A DNA stretch of 64,000 bases, taken from NCBI GenBank assembly GCA_964252035.1, contig OZ176205.1, one strand, 5' to 3'. The position numbers were made by a program, and so were the translations under genes. How positions within the stretch are numbered: position 1 is the first letter of the stretch; every line of letters starts with the position of its first letter. Positions 51,558 through 64,000 of this stretch are shown here, piece by piece. The notes beneath the pieces are model-generated. The model did not search any database. It worked only from the letters and a program-made list of their open reading frames with translations, and had not been told where the DNA came from. The stretch is from Podarcis erhardii. Taxonomy: Eukaryota.

Positions 51558-51910
51558 GTAAAGGTAAAGGGCCCCCTGACCATTAGGTCCAGTCGTGGCC
51601 GACTCTGGGGTTGCGGCGCTTATCTCGCTTTATTGGCCAAGGGAGCCGGCGTACAGCTTCTGGGTCATGTGGCCAGCATGACTAAGCCGCTTCTGGTGAA
51701 CTAGAGCAGCGCACAGAAACGCCGTTTACCTTCCCGCTGGAGCAGTACCTATTTATCTACTTGCACTTTGAGGTGCTTTCAAACTGCTAGGTTGGCAGGA
51801 GCAGGGACCAAGCAACAGGAGCTCACCCCGTCGCGGGGATTCGAACCGCCGACCTTCTGATCGGCAAGTCCTAGGCTCTGTGGTTTAACCCACAGCACCA
51901 CCCGTGTCCC
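51558..51910 (-). mobile_element. Full-length lacertid Sauria SINE (POM/Squam1 type)
   Basis: Minus strand reads gggacacgggtggtgctgtgggttaaacc...ggttcgaatcccc (A/B boxes) through to a ccctttacctttacc tail. Matches the recalled lacertid Sauria SINE consensus. Confidence 0.9.
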
Positions 51911-53485
51911 ATTTATTGGGTACAGCATGACAAAACATTATGAGGGTGCCAACATTAAAATTGAGCTCATAATTGAGCCCACCAATGGAATGCATCCTTT
52001 GATATATTTTTGTAGACCAGTGACACCCAACCCTCTAATATTTGGGTAGATATGCATAGTAACCTAGGTATGAATTATAGGGACAGACAAACTGAGGCAA
52101 GTGGGCAGGTCTACTGTACTCATAACAACATCTTACCAGCAATAACTAATTGTACAGGTTTGTGGCTATGTAGCTAGCTCCGTGGTGGCAGAACCATTTT
52201 CAGGTATTGTGCCCTGTTGTACCAGCTACATGCACAATGCCACAACTCTGCATCTGGCAATAACAATTGTGCCAAGCATAGAAAGGCTGAATTGCCCTGC
52301 TGTGGTATTATGATACCATTACAACCTAAGCCTGTGCACACCAGGGCATGTCAGTCTATGCTGACTGAGCACTACTCTAACCCTGTATTGGTTGGCATTA
52401 TGATTACCAATGAAATTGGCTTTTAGATTGGAGGTTTAAAACCAGAGGCCTGCTGGGTACAATTTGGTCTTTTTAAGAGTGGCTCCTCAGCTGACAACCC
52501 AGAAGTGAGAAAGCAATGAAGACAAAGTGATGACACTGGAAACAGAACTTGCTAGCAGGACTTTTTTTTTGGCAGGGGAAAAGGGCCAGCTTCTCAAGGC
52601 GACTCTCCTGCAAAACTAATGGTTGACAAGGGTTTTAGATTGTGTGCTTCATCAGTTTTATTTAGCTTAATTTGGCCCTAAGGAAAATAATTCCAATCCT
52701 TTGTTTGTTTGCTTCAGTTTTCCTTGGGAAGTAAGGCCTCAGACCATTAAACAGCTGTTGAAGGCCTTGACAACAGTTAAGAGACAGGAAGCAGGAATGC
52801 TTGTGCCCCCCCCCCCTTTTCACAGAGCAAAGTTACAAATGAAGGAGTTTTCCATGTATTTATCTTGAGAGCTAGCCAAGTCTGCAAAGCAACATGTTCC
52901 TAATTTTCTGTAGTTTTAACTCCAAATTAATTTGTAAGTGATCTGGGTGCCTTGTTCCTCGAATGACACCTAATAGTGCAAGGGAAGTGCCTGCCAACTG
53001 AAACTTTGCAGCGGGCAAAAAGAAAGCAGGTCAGGAAAAGGCCTGGAAGCACGACCCCCTGTGAGTGTTTAACAAGGTGTCAGCCCACGATGTTTGCAGA
53101 TCAGACTAAGTGGCTGTGACATCAGAGTCCCGGGCAGAGGTGGAAAAGGGATTATTCTGATGGCCTGGATACAAGGCAGTACAGAGCAATAGCAGGCCCA
53201 TCTTTATAGATGACTAGGCAGCCTGACTTCAACCTGGTCAGGATTTGTCCCTGAGTTAGGGATAGACATGCAAAGGGGGTGTGCTCACACACACCCTAAT
53301 GTTTTAAAAAAACTGGGGGTCAAAGGAAGCAGACAGAGAGAGATGCAAGCAGAATAAAAGGGCTGGAATGGATCTGCAGCTGCCTCTGGAAGCGGTGACA
53401 AGGCAATTGGCTCCAGTGACGGCAGTAAGGAAGGAGCAGGAATTCCCTCCATCTCAGGCAAAAGCTAAAAATCCATCCAGCCTTT

Positions 53486-53543
53486 TTCTTCTTCTTCTTC
53501 TTCTTCTTCTTCTTCTTCTTCTTCTTCTTCTTCTTCTTCTTCT
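53486..53543 (+). repeat. (TTC)n microsatellite
   Basis: Read directly from the sequence; explains the poly-K and poly-L ORFs here. Confidence 0.95.
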
Positions 53544-54034
53544 CATGGCTCTGTCTCCATCCAAGCTCCACTGGCCACCTTTTGTGGAGAGAGATCTGTG
53601 GGGTGAGGGGCTGCTTTTGTGGCATGCAAGCAAGGGGGAGGAGCCATTTGGCCCCTGGCCCTCCAGAATTACCCTGCCTTTGGTCAGCTTGGCAAGGGTC
53701 TTTTTCTCTGCAGGAAAAATCTAATGTTTTGGCTTCTAGATGTGATCGTTTTGTTGGCTTGTTTTTCTTCTTTACCTCTTCCTAATCCTTATTTGTTTGT
53801 CTTGTCATTTCCCTCCCCCTTCCTTTGTTTAAATAAATAAATCATCCATCCACCCATTAAGGGTGCACACCTTAATGAAATGTGCTGTGCACTTCTATGG
53901 ACCATCATGTATTTTGCAGCAGATGTGTAGATTCTACACAAGTAAATAGTTCTAAAGCATTGTTATAACTACTGAATGCCCCTGAGCAGCTGCAATGGAA
54001 CCCTAAAGGCTTCAAGTATTGGCTTAGATTAATG

Positions 54035-54131
54035 TAGGGTTGCCATACGTCCGGAATTTCCTGGACATAGCCGTGATTCGGTGGTGGGAAACAGTGTCTA
54101 GATTTTCACTTTTTAAAATATGGCAGCCCTA
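54035..54131. mobile_element. Small MITE with TAGGGTTGCCATA TIRs
   Basis: Left tagggttgccata, right tatggcagcccta (12/13). TSD unclear. Confidence 0.65.
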
Positions 54132-57100
54132 AGTAATGGCCATTTCTTCCTAGCCAATCTCCAAATGCTTCCTCAGTAAGACAGCTGGAGACATTGGTTG
54201 AGTGCTATAAAGATGTATCTTGGGGGCTGAATGATGTCTGGGCCCATGCATGTGAGAGCCCATTGGCACTCCCACTAGGAGAAGCTGCTGGCCACCATTA
54301 GATATATTCTGAACCTCATTCAGCCCTAGGTAATAAATGAGCTGGGACTACCTCTGAACATAAAATATGCTCATGAAGGAATATTATACAAGAAACTGAT
54401 ATGAAAATTTGCCTATTTGGAATTTTCATTCAGAAACTTGGATGGAGCCTGGCAGCATGGTGGAATCTCAGGAACAGCTGAAGGTTAGAGGTCACAAATT
54501 GGGAAGTTTCCTGCTGGGCATTACTGGAAACTGGCCATGTATCTCTGCATCATGTCTGGCTGCAAGACAGCAATGAATCTAAAGTTAAGTAGGTTGCCAA
54601 AAGATCAAAGGTTGATTATGTGTTTTTTAAATTCTTATACTTAGTGTTCATTTGCTATGTTGTGAGCCACTTTGGGTACAGTTTTGTGGAACAGTGTCAT
54701 ACAAATAAACACATGATGATAGCAAAAAGAAGAAGAAAGTTCCTGTGCTAGAAAAGTGTGATGCAGGAATCAAATACAGCTATTTGACTATGGCAATTAG
54801 GAAACCTCCCCTTTGAATATCAGGAAGGAGGCAGAGTAAGAGTGAAAATGACAGTGGGAGAGGCTACTCCCCCCCACCCCACCTTCCCACCCTAGGACAT
54901 GCAGAAGAGTTTGACTTGTCTACAAGAAATTTCTTCTAAGAAATTACAAGATGGTGATTTATCTCCCTTTGGTTTGGAGAGATGCTGGGAGGAGAGTAGT
55001 GACCTAAAGCAAAAGAAAGGAGAAATTTGTAAGGTAAGCCTGGAAGTTATGGTAAACACTGTCTGAAATTCTGGAGAGCCAGGCAGCGTAGACAAGGTTT
55101 AGACATGATCTGACTCAGTACAATGCAGCTTCCTGTGGTTGTATGAAAAGCCTCCATATAGCAGTCTCACTTGGGGCAGCAGTGTGTGTATGTGTACAAT
55201 AGGTGCTGTGGCTGCTGAGCAGAGGAGACATCAGGGGAGTGATGACAGAGTTGGGCCTCCGCTAGCCATGCTCTTTCTGATGTGTTCACAGTGAAGAAAC
55301 AAACCTCTGTGATTCCATGCTGAACGGGGGGTGGGGGGACTAAATTGGCTCAGGCTCTTGCGTCATGGGAAGCGTGAAGGTTTGAGTTGGCTGGCAAGGT
55401 GGTTGTAACCTTGGCACCTGGACAGAAACCCCTTTATTTCAAGCCTTCTTCTACCTAGTAACTACTGGAGTTGGCTGCATCATCACAAGCTGCCCAGCAC
55501 TCACCTCAGGCCTTCTCAGCCATGTAGAAGAGAGCAGGCCAAACCCACAGCAGTTCGCCAGTGTCCCAGGGCTCCCCGCTCTTAATAGGCCACTGCTAGA
55601 AACAAGGAAGTCTCTGGCTCCCACCAGGAGTTAATTAACAGAAGGAAAACACTTTTAAAGGCTGCCAAGCAAGCAATCGACAGTGTCAGGCAAGGTTACC
55701 ACTACACAAACTGAGCTCAGCTACACAACTTTTAGCCAGGATCCACAACACACGCACACACAGAGAGCTGCTGGCAATCTCTGTGAATGAGCAGCTCACC
55801 AACAAAATGCCTGAGGAAAGGGCAGTGGTTCAGCTGGGAATCCAAGTTATTTGCCTGTTGGCTAGGATGGCAAGGCCAGGGATTGCTTCAGACCTGTGGA
55901 GGACCAGCTAGAATCCAGGCACTGAGAAGTCTCAGGTCTGAAAACATTCAGGTGAAGCAAGGAAAAGAACTAGTCAAGATGGAGCGTCCTGAATTATGCC
56001 ACTTATCATTGGGATCCTACCCACAGGCAAAAGTCTGGGGGAAGAGGATTGACGCAAATATAGGTGTGTGTGTGAAAGCTTTCATGCGTTGGTAGCTTCT
56101 CATTTGGATTATTAGAATGTGTTTGTGGGTGGGGCTGCATGTCTCTGGAGTCAGTCGGGAAGCTTCAGCAGATGCCAAATATGGCTGTGAGAGTGTTAAT
56201 TGGGACCAGACATTATGAACATAATATCTCACACTTTTCTCATCCTCACTGTCTCCTAATTCAAAGTGCTGGTTTTGGCCTAAAAGGCCTACACAGTTCG
56301 GGGCCTTGAGACTTGAAGGGACGCCTCTTCCTGCCTATATGGCGAGCTCATCTGTGGGTGCCCTTTTGCAGCTGCCCCCTCAACCCAAAGTTGTGAAGGT
56401 GGTCATGAGAGGGAGAGAGAGGGTCTTTTCAGTGGCAGAAAGTGTTCCCTGCGGAAGTTTGCCTTCTCTGGCATCCATGTTCTCTTTTTGGCATCAGGCT
56501 TAAGACTTTTCTGTTCTCTCAAGCCATCTAATACCATGTGTCTGGTTTTCTTTTTAGTCCCCGTGATATTCTTAGCGGTCTTTATGTACAGTATTTCTAT
56601 ATTTGCTGGTTGTTTTTTAGCTCCTGTGAGCTAAAATATTGTATTTTATTTTGTTGTTCTTTTGGCTAGATGTTTAAGTTACAGTCTGAATTTTTATGGT
56701 GCTATTATGCTTTTCATTTATTTGCATTATGTCCGGAGAACTTATTTATGAGGCATCTGACAAATATAAACAAATATATAATAAATAAATAATGGTATTA
56801 CTAATTAGTGAGGAATTGGGTAGAATTTTGCCTGCCCTTCTATCTGCATGTGTAAATTGCCTAGAGACTTCGTGGGGAATGGAGAAGGGGGAAGAAGGAA
56901 AGAAAAAGGAAATTCAGGAATGGAGCCCCAAATTTGCCTGAGGTATCCAGACTCCTACCATGACAACAGCTCTGATCAGAATGTTTGGAGTTGACAAACC
57001 AAACCCTCTCACATCAGCAGCCAAAAAGTCTTTATAAAGTTAGCTCAGGCAGAACAGAATTCAGAGGACACAAGCAGAGTATTCTCGAAAGCCACGTTGC

Positions 57101-60100
57101 TATCTCTGCCCAGTCTATCATGCTCCTAAGGCTGGCCTCTATGTCTAAGACTAAAGGCCTGGCTCAGAGATTCAAACAAAGAAGAACAAATCTCTTGCTT
57201 AGTGTCAGTCATTAAACAACTCATGGGACTTACAGAATAACCTAACAAAGTCCTTACTATGTCAGATGAATGGTCTCTCTGCTTACCTTGCCTGTGACAG
57301 CAACTAGCTTGAGATGACCCTTCGACAAGGCAAACAGTAGAACAGAACACTGAAAGATGAATAGGAAGGTGCCATATAACATATCCATTTGTTCACCTGA
57401 CTCATTGACTCCATTACACTGGCTGTGTTCATGCCTCATGGTCAGCCACAAACATGGAGAACTGCTACCAGTCAGTGGTCCTGTCTGCATGTTGCAGAAA
57501 GCCACAAACCATGGCTTACTGTGAACAAGCAGAGTGCAAGTCCATGCTGCTGAATCACTCCCATTTTACTCCACTCTTCCTCAAACTGGGAGGAACAAAC
57601 AAGACTTGGCTTACTATGACATCTGAAACAGCACTCGTGGGTTTGCCCCCTGCTCCAAACATACCACAATGGTTAGCCAAGGTTTGCTCATTGATTTCAA
57701 ATTGTGTTTTGAACAAACCATGAGTGCTGGTTCATATGCCATGGGAAGCCAAGGCTTGTGGTTTGTTGCTCCCAGCTTCAGGAGGGCAGTGATTTAGCAG
57801 CATGCACTAGCATATGAAAGGGCCCACTGACTGGCAGCAGACTGCCAGGGTTTTGGACCTACTTGGAGAAGCAATAGATTGGAGACCTGTCATTAATGTA
57901 TGTTGTCTGTTTACCCTGTAAACCCACATCACAACCATGTCTGGGTTTTATTCTACTGTGTGGTGGTACAGTGGTTCAAGCTGCTTATACCCCATTTTGT
58001 ATTCACTCCTCTTCCATCATTATGCCCAGTGATTTAGCACACAGTCAGGAAGCACTTTAGGAATTGGTAGGTATCATTCCCTGAGATACCCCCTAACTCA
58101 CAACTGGAAGCTAGCCTTGTGAACTGCACTGCATATCTAGGTTCTTGTCAGTTTTGTGGAACAACAGGAACTGGGATAAGTTATCTCTACAGTGGGCCTG
58201 GGTGGGAAGCAAAGAGTTTCTGACCTACGGAGAAGGAATGAACGGGTACGGAATAAATCCAACATACATTTATTTACCTACCTACTTACAACTCAAAATG
58301 ATGTGTCTAAGTGGTGCACAATAAAACCATTCCATAAAATGCAAAATAGGTTAAAATACAGATCACAAATCCCAACTGCAACATACACAGATGTCTAATG
58401 CCAGAAACAATTTGTGAAGAAGTAAAAATACAGTTGAGCCTTCATCAGGAAAGACCTTTTACTCCCCAAAGCCTCAGAGCTCTGGGAAAGGGGTTATTGG
58501 GCTGCCATAGACCCCACAAGCTGACCAAACTCACTTGGACAAGACTGAACTTCTGGTGCCTATGGCAGATATCGTTGGAGGGGACACTGAGAGAGGCAAG
58601 GCACAACTCACTAAGAAGGAGTAGTTGCTGCTGCTCTAATGGCTTCCGGGACTATATTCTCTGGAGAAAGAAATGTAAGGTTTGGGATCTGGCACTGTAC
58701 CAAGGGCCAAAGCTCAATTTGGAGTTGACACACTTTACCTGTTTTGTCTTCAACAGGGGCTCGCATCTGAGTGTATCCCCAGTGGAATTGATGGATCACA
58801 GGGCGTTCCAATGGGCATTCCCTTTGGACAGCAGGTCAGTCTCCCTCTGTATAAGGCAGGTTCCTATGTATGCCAATATCATAACCTTAGACTTGGCCTG
58901 GTAAAGGTAGATGCAATGGAAAATTTCCTTGGAGCAAAGATGGGATATAAAGGCAGTAAAATAAATACTTTCCGTTTTGTCTACTCACCATACTCCATTT
59001 ACAGCACATGTAAGCCAATTATTCCTAGTTTTTCTCTTCTGTCTGCTTCTGAAAGCAAGTTAGTGACTCTCCCACAATCCTCTACTTAGATGAGAGAGAC
59101 AGAAATCACATCTTCACAATATATGGAAAGCACTCTTATAGCAGTCATGGCCTCTCCCTGAAGAATTCTGGGTACTGCAAGTTTGTTGGTGCTGAGTGTT
59201 GTTAGGAGACCCTTTATAAAGCAACAATTCCCAGCACCTTAACAGCTACAGTTCCCAGGATTTGGGGGGTGGGGGTAGGCCATGACTGTTAAAGTAGCAT
59301 AGGAGTGTTTTCAATGTACAGTGTGGATGTGAAGAAAAGTAGAGACAAGGAAATGAATGAGACATCTTGCTTCATTCCCTGTTTGGCAGAGTGATCGTTC
59401 TATTAAATCTGTTATCAAAACTGTGTTTTGCCAATCTTTCCCCACCCACCCCGCCTACACCCTATGCCAACCAGATCTTGCTTGGGCATCTTTGACCTTC
59501 AGGGTGCGGCCTTACTGCATGAAGCCAAGGACAAGATGGCACCCATCATTCAACATTCAGAAATCAAGCAGGCAGGCAACTGAATTGTATTTCATCACCA
59601 ACAACATGACAATGTCCCATTGAAGACAGCAGGCTAGTTTTTGGAAACGCAGAGTAGGATATGAGGCATATATATCACTCTGCTTTTCAACAGAGGCGAA
59701 TTACCTCAGTTGGAAGGGGCTGCTGCCTCTGCTCCCCACCCCCAACACTCAGCAGCTGCCTCTCAAGGTGGCCGCCTCACTTTGCCTAATGGCAGGGCCG
59801 GCTGCGGCCTTGAATAAAGCCACTGACCACAAGGTATTCTCTTCTGCCTCCAGCAGAATATGGGAGCATTATGAATTGCAATGTGTGAACGGATCTGACT
59901 GAGTGAGCCTACCTCTGGGTAGAGTATATTATCCAGGATTATCAGGGCAGCAAAAGTACTAGTGATGTTTGTTTTTAATTCCTTTTTTGCTTTTAACTTG
60001 TTTTTAACTTTATGATTTTATTGTTTGGTTTTATGATTTTATATTATTATAAACCACTGTGATACATCTTTATGATACAGTGGTATATAAATATTCAAAT

Positions 60101-60139
60101 AAATAAGTAAATAAGTAAATAAATAATCTTGTCCTACAT

Positions 60140-60270
60140 TTTCTTTACAGTCACCCTGTGAGGAAGATTAGGTTGAAAGATAATGATTGGCCCAAAGACG
60201 CACAGTGAGTGCCTTTCCAAAGCAGGGATCTGAATATGGGTCTTCTTGGTCCTAGTCTGACACTCTTATC
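60140..60270 (-). mobile_element. Decayed inverted copy of the 51205/60720 SINE family
   Basis: caccctgtgaggaagattaggttgaaag...tggcccaaag...cagtgag is the reverse complement of that SINE body. Confidence 0.6.
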
Positions 60271-60719
60271 CAGGAGTAGCCAATATGGTACCCTCCAATT
60301 CTCCTCACCGCTAACTGTGGCTGATGGGAGTTGTAGTCCAAAACCTCAAGAGATCATGATGCTGGCTACTGCTTTTCTAAACACTGCACAACAGTGGCTA
60401 TCCATCCACATATTAATACATGCACATATACATATCAGCAGTGACACAGTTTACCACTCTAGAAGTCCAAAAACCTGCCTATGTGGAAATGAGTGGAAAG
60501 GCAGTGTAGCATCTCTCTTTTTGTAACTCTCCCATAGGCCTTGAGTGTGACAGGAACTACCATGATATTACATTGCAAAGGTAACAGAACTGGCACTTTA
60601 GGGCCAAAGAAGATGCAGAGTCCCTTCATTCAGCTAGTGAAGTGATACAGACATCTGGCCAAAAGTATTATGAAAAAGATTATCCTCTGGACCAGTGACG
60701 AGCATGCAAGCTGGACATC

Positions 60720-60890
60720 TAGTGTGGTGTAGTGGTTAGAGTGCCGGTCGAGGACCTGGGAGAACAAGGTTCAAATCCCCACTTGGTCATGAAGCTCACT
60801 GGGGGAACTTGGGCAAGTCACTGTCTTTCAGCCTAACCTACCTCACAAGGTTGTTGTGAGGATTAAATGAGATGGGGGGAAGAACCCTGA
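60720..60890 (+). mobile_element. tRNA-derived squamate SINE (same family as 51205)
   Basis: tggtgtagtggttagag...ggttcaaatcccc...cagcctaacctacctcacaaggttgttgtgagg. Confidence 0.75.
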
Positions 60891-60923
60891 ACACTCCCTT
60901 TAGCTCTTTGTTAAAAAGGCAGA

Positions 60924-61113
60924 NNNNNNNNNNNNNNNNNNNNNNNNNNNNNNNNNNNNNNNNNNNNNNNNNNNNNNNNNNNNNNNNNNNNNNNNNNNNN
61001 NNNNNNNNNNNNNNNNNNNNNNNNNNNNNNNNNNNNNNNNNNNNNNNNNNNNNNNNNNNNNNNNNNNNNNNNNNNNNNNNNNNNNNNNNNNNNNNNNNNN
61101 NNNNNNNNNNNNN
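60924..61113. other. Assembly gap (190 N)
   Basis: Run of N bases. Confidence 0.99.
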
Positions 61114-61453
61114 CTAGTCTGTTCTGCTTGCTCCCTCTCTGCTCTGGCTTCCTTAAAAATAAAATAAAAACACAATTCTTGAGAAGGAAGGCATGGGCTT
61201 TTGTTTTACTGGCCTCTGGCAACCTAAGTGTAGCAATGGTTGGGTTAAAAAGCGCTTGACAGAGGAAGATTAAAAACAATCCAAGGAATTTGTTGCAAAC
61301 TTCCTGGATGGTTCCCCACACGCAGTGGCGTTTTCTTGGCTGCCTGGCTTATAATCAGCAGAGTGGAATGTTGTAAATTAAATATTTTTAAACAACTTTG
61401 CTCTCTCCCTGGTTAAACATTGCAAAGATTGCTCTTTCTTGTCTATTTCATGC

Positions 61454-61462
61454 TGGGTGGTC
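61454..61462 (-). promoter_or_regulatory. Consensus GLI site (TGGGTGGTC) about 24 kb upstream of PTCH2
   Basis: Exact match in apparently non-repeat sequence; function untested. Confidence 0.4.
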
Positions 61463-62266
61463 TCTCCCCCCCCCCCCATTTGCCTGTACGTCTTCCTCAA
61501 ACACAATTAACCATTTAGATGTTGCACAAAGGATTAGCTTGTGCATACAAGGCCAGACGCTAGTCCTTTTCCTTGAGGTGGGGGGCGGAAGGGGGGTGGG
61601 GGCAAGGAACCAGGGGGCAGATCTTTTACTTTCCGCTAAAATACAAAAGCCAAGAAAATCCCCTAACCCCTTCAGTTTTCCTTGAATGATAAAGGCCCAA
61701 TGGCAGGCTCCTCAGCTGCCCTCAAGTGCAGGCCTCACAAGCTCCTTGCTTTCTTATCTTGATGGTCAGCACTGAAACAGCCTTAAGCATCCCAGTTGAT
61801 GTGGCACCCAGAAATTCTGGTACCTTATAAACCCGAAGTTTGCCTCAACACACTATCTGTTTATGAGCTTTGCCTATCCACTGGTCTGCTGTGCCTGCAA
61901 CAGTTATTTCTCGACCCACTGCCACTCATATGTGGAGGTAACCTGTATTCTCAAATGCAGATTAATCAGAGATGTTAAGAGACAGTGTTCTGAAAAGTGG
62001 AGAGTGTCATTCCCCCTCAGATATACCTACCAAGTACTCACATGTGTGGACATAGTCTGTTGATGTATAAATATTTTTAACTCTCATGAGAACAGCAAGT
62101 CAAACCTGGGAGATGAAGTAAAATCCTGCTACTTCAGGATTAGCTTCACTCCTTAACTGGAGTTACCACCACTGGGGAAGAGGAGTATATACAGGTGCTT
62201 CCTCTCTTGAGAGCCTGACAATGGGAGAAGAAGCCTCTGTTTGAACTTTGGTTTGGCAGCTGTATT

Positions 62267-62493
62267 GTAGTGTGGTGTAGTGGTTGAGAGCGGTAGACTC
62301 GTAATCTGGGGAACCTCCACATGCAGCTGCTGGGTGACCTTGGGCCAGTCACACTTCTCTGAAGTCTCTCAGCCCCACTCACCTCACAGAGTGTTTGTTG
62401 TGAGGGAGGAAGGGAAAGGAGAATGTTAGCTGCTTTGAGACTCCTGAAGGGGAGTGATAAAGCAGGATATCAAATCCAAACTCTTCTTCTTCT
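62267..62493 (+). mobile_element. tRNA-derived lacertid SINE with internal deletion and (CTT)n tail
   Basis: Head gtagtgtggtgtagtggttgagagcggtagactcgtaatctgg; tail aaatccaaactcttcttcttct. The box B region appears deleted. Confidence 0.75.
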
Positions 62494-62785
62494 AAATGAC
62501 AGCAAGGGATCAGAAACTGGTGTGCACTCTCGCATAGACACACACATATCATGCCAGAGCCATTTCCTCAAGGCCACTTTCTTGTACTTCTGGCCAGGGA
62601 GCAGGGAAAGCAGTGAAGTCCAAAAACATCTACTGTCCAAGCTCTCCCAAGAAATGCTGAGCACATATGCCCTTCTTCTGGGCTGGAGCAGGCTCTGAGC
62701 TCCGTAGTGTATTGCATTTGTAGAGCTGGGACACTGGATACCTGCAAGTGTCCCTTGTCTGAAGCTGCTGTGCACATTGACTTAA

Positions 62786-62928
62786 TAAAACTGTAGAGTT
62801 GGAAGGGACCATGATGACCATCAAGTCCAATCCTCTGCAGTGCAGGGATCTTTTGCCCAATGTGGGGCTTGAACCCACAACCCTGAAAGTAAGAGCCTCA
62901 TGCTGTACCAACTGAGCTATCCCACTTG
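62786..62928 (-). mobile_element. tRNA-Lys-like SINE with CR1 tail, flanked by a 22-bp direct repeat
   Basis: Minus strand gggatagctcagttggtacagcatgaggctctta...ggttcaagcccc followed by a CR1-type 3' end. Flanks 62764-85 and 62929-50 match 20/22. Confidence 0.8.
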
Positions 62929-62958
62929 GCTGTTGTGCACGTTGACTTAAGTGGCCCT

Positions 62959-63150
62959 GGGCCATAACTCAGTGGTGGAGCCTCAGCTTTGGATGTAAAG
63001 GGTTCCAGGTTTAATCCCCAGCATTCCCACACAGGACTGGAAGGGACCCCACTGGTAAACCTTGTGAGCTGCTGCTTGTCAGGGTGGATAATAAGGATCT
63101 AGATGGCTCCATGGCCTGACTAAGTGCTAGGCAACTTCCTATGTTCCTAA
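62959..63150 (+). mobile_element. tRNA-derived SINE ending in cttcctatgttcct
   Basis: gggccataactcagtggtggag...ccaggtttaatcccc head; tail ctagatgg...ggcaacttcctatgttcctaa. Confidence 0.7.
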
Positions 63151-64000
63151 ATGTAGTTCCTGGGATATGTTTGAAAGGCTACCACTCTGGGTTGGCAGCT
63201 TAGTTAGAGTTGGTATAAATGTATGGCTGCATGTATTCATGTGTATATGGATATCTGCACCAAACCTTGTAACTCAAGGTCTGAAACAAAGCATGTGAAT
63301 TTTGTAATTGATGCTGCAAATTTGCTTAGATGTGCATAATGTGCATAATGTTTTGTAGATCCCGTGCTAGAAAGCTCAGTGCCTTGGGATATAATAGAAG
63401 CTATGCAGATTTCTAGACCTTCAGCTATAACAACCCTGCATGTCATTAAGATGAAGAAAATCATATCTTCCCAGCAATTAGTGTGTTTAGGAAAATGGTA
63501 TTTACTCATAGCAAAATTACACCGATTAATTGGCAACGCCGCTGGTTTTGGCCACACACCCAGCAGGGCCAAAAGCACATTGGTAAGATTTGTTTTACAT
63601 CTAGCTTTCAAATTACATCTAGAGTTTGCTACTGTGTTCAAACAAGATTTTTTAAATTGTCATCTAGTTTTCCAGGCTGGAAAATGGGCATCTCCAGAGA
63701 CAGAGTGATAAATGCACAATATGCCATGTTCCCCTGCCCCTCCTTCCAGAAAGCAGAGTAGTTATTGTATCTTCGCTATTCCTAACACGAATCTCAGCCA
63801 ACACATTCATAACTGGTCTGACAAAAATGGGACTCTGATAATATTACATTGCTAAACTGGCCTGCCACAAGATAGGCTGGCCTATCTATCAGAACACACA
63901 GGCCGCACATGACACACCAGAACAAAGATATGGCTGATTTTATTATAAAAATGTTGGAGTCTCTTGAGCCTCACAGCATTTGGAGAACAATTCTTCTCCA

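Noticed and set aside
53320-53724. ORFs with poly-Lys and poly-Leu runs
   Set aside because: Translation of the (TTC)n microsatellite.
58398-59089. 168-aa and 135-aa plus-strand ORFs upstream
   Set aside because: No recognisable domain or splice-supported structure. Length is compatible with chance.
62860-62923. tRNA-Lys-like sequence on the minus strand
   Set aside because: No proper acceptor stem or oligo-T terminator. It continues into a CR1 tail, so it is a SINE head.

Overview
Vertebrate genomic DNA, almost certainly a lacertid lizard (it carries a full-length Podarcis/Lacerta-type Sauria SINE). The window holds the 5' part of the Hedgehog receptor gene PTCH2 on the minus strand. Coding exons 1-7 (165, 193, 190, 70, 92, 196 and 122 bp, all GT-AG, 1028 nt of continuous frame) run from the ATG at 37669 down to position 56, and the gene continues past the left edge. 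Exon 1 lies in a CpG island with a perfect GLI site about 0.5 kb upstream. Intron 2 is 26.3 kb. The 26 kb upstream of the gene (38.2-64 kb) has no recognisable coding exon and contains SINEs, hAT/Tc1-mariner MITEs, RTE/CR1/L2 relics, microsatellites and a 190-N gap. I found no convincing new gene system. The best leads are a hAT MITE carrying TTAGGG telomeric repeats nested in a Tigger-like MITE, and a uORF cluster upstream of PTCH2 that mimics the PTCH2 N-terminus and is one stop codon from an in-frame extension. Several candidate GLI/FOX enhancers are also noted. Repeat family names and protein comparisons are from memory, not database searches.
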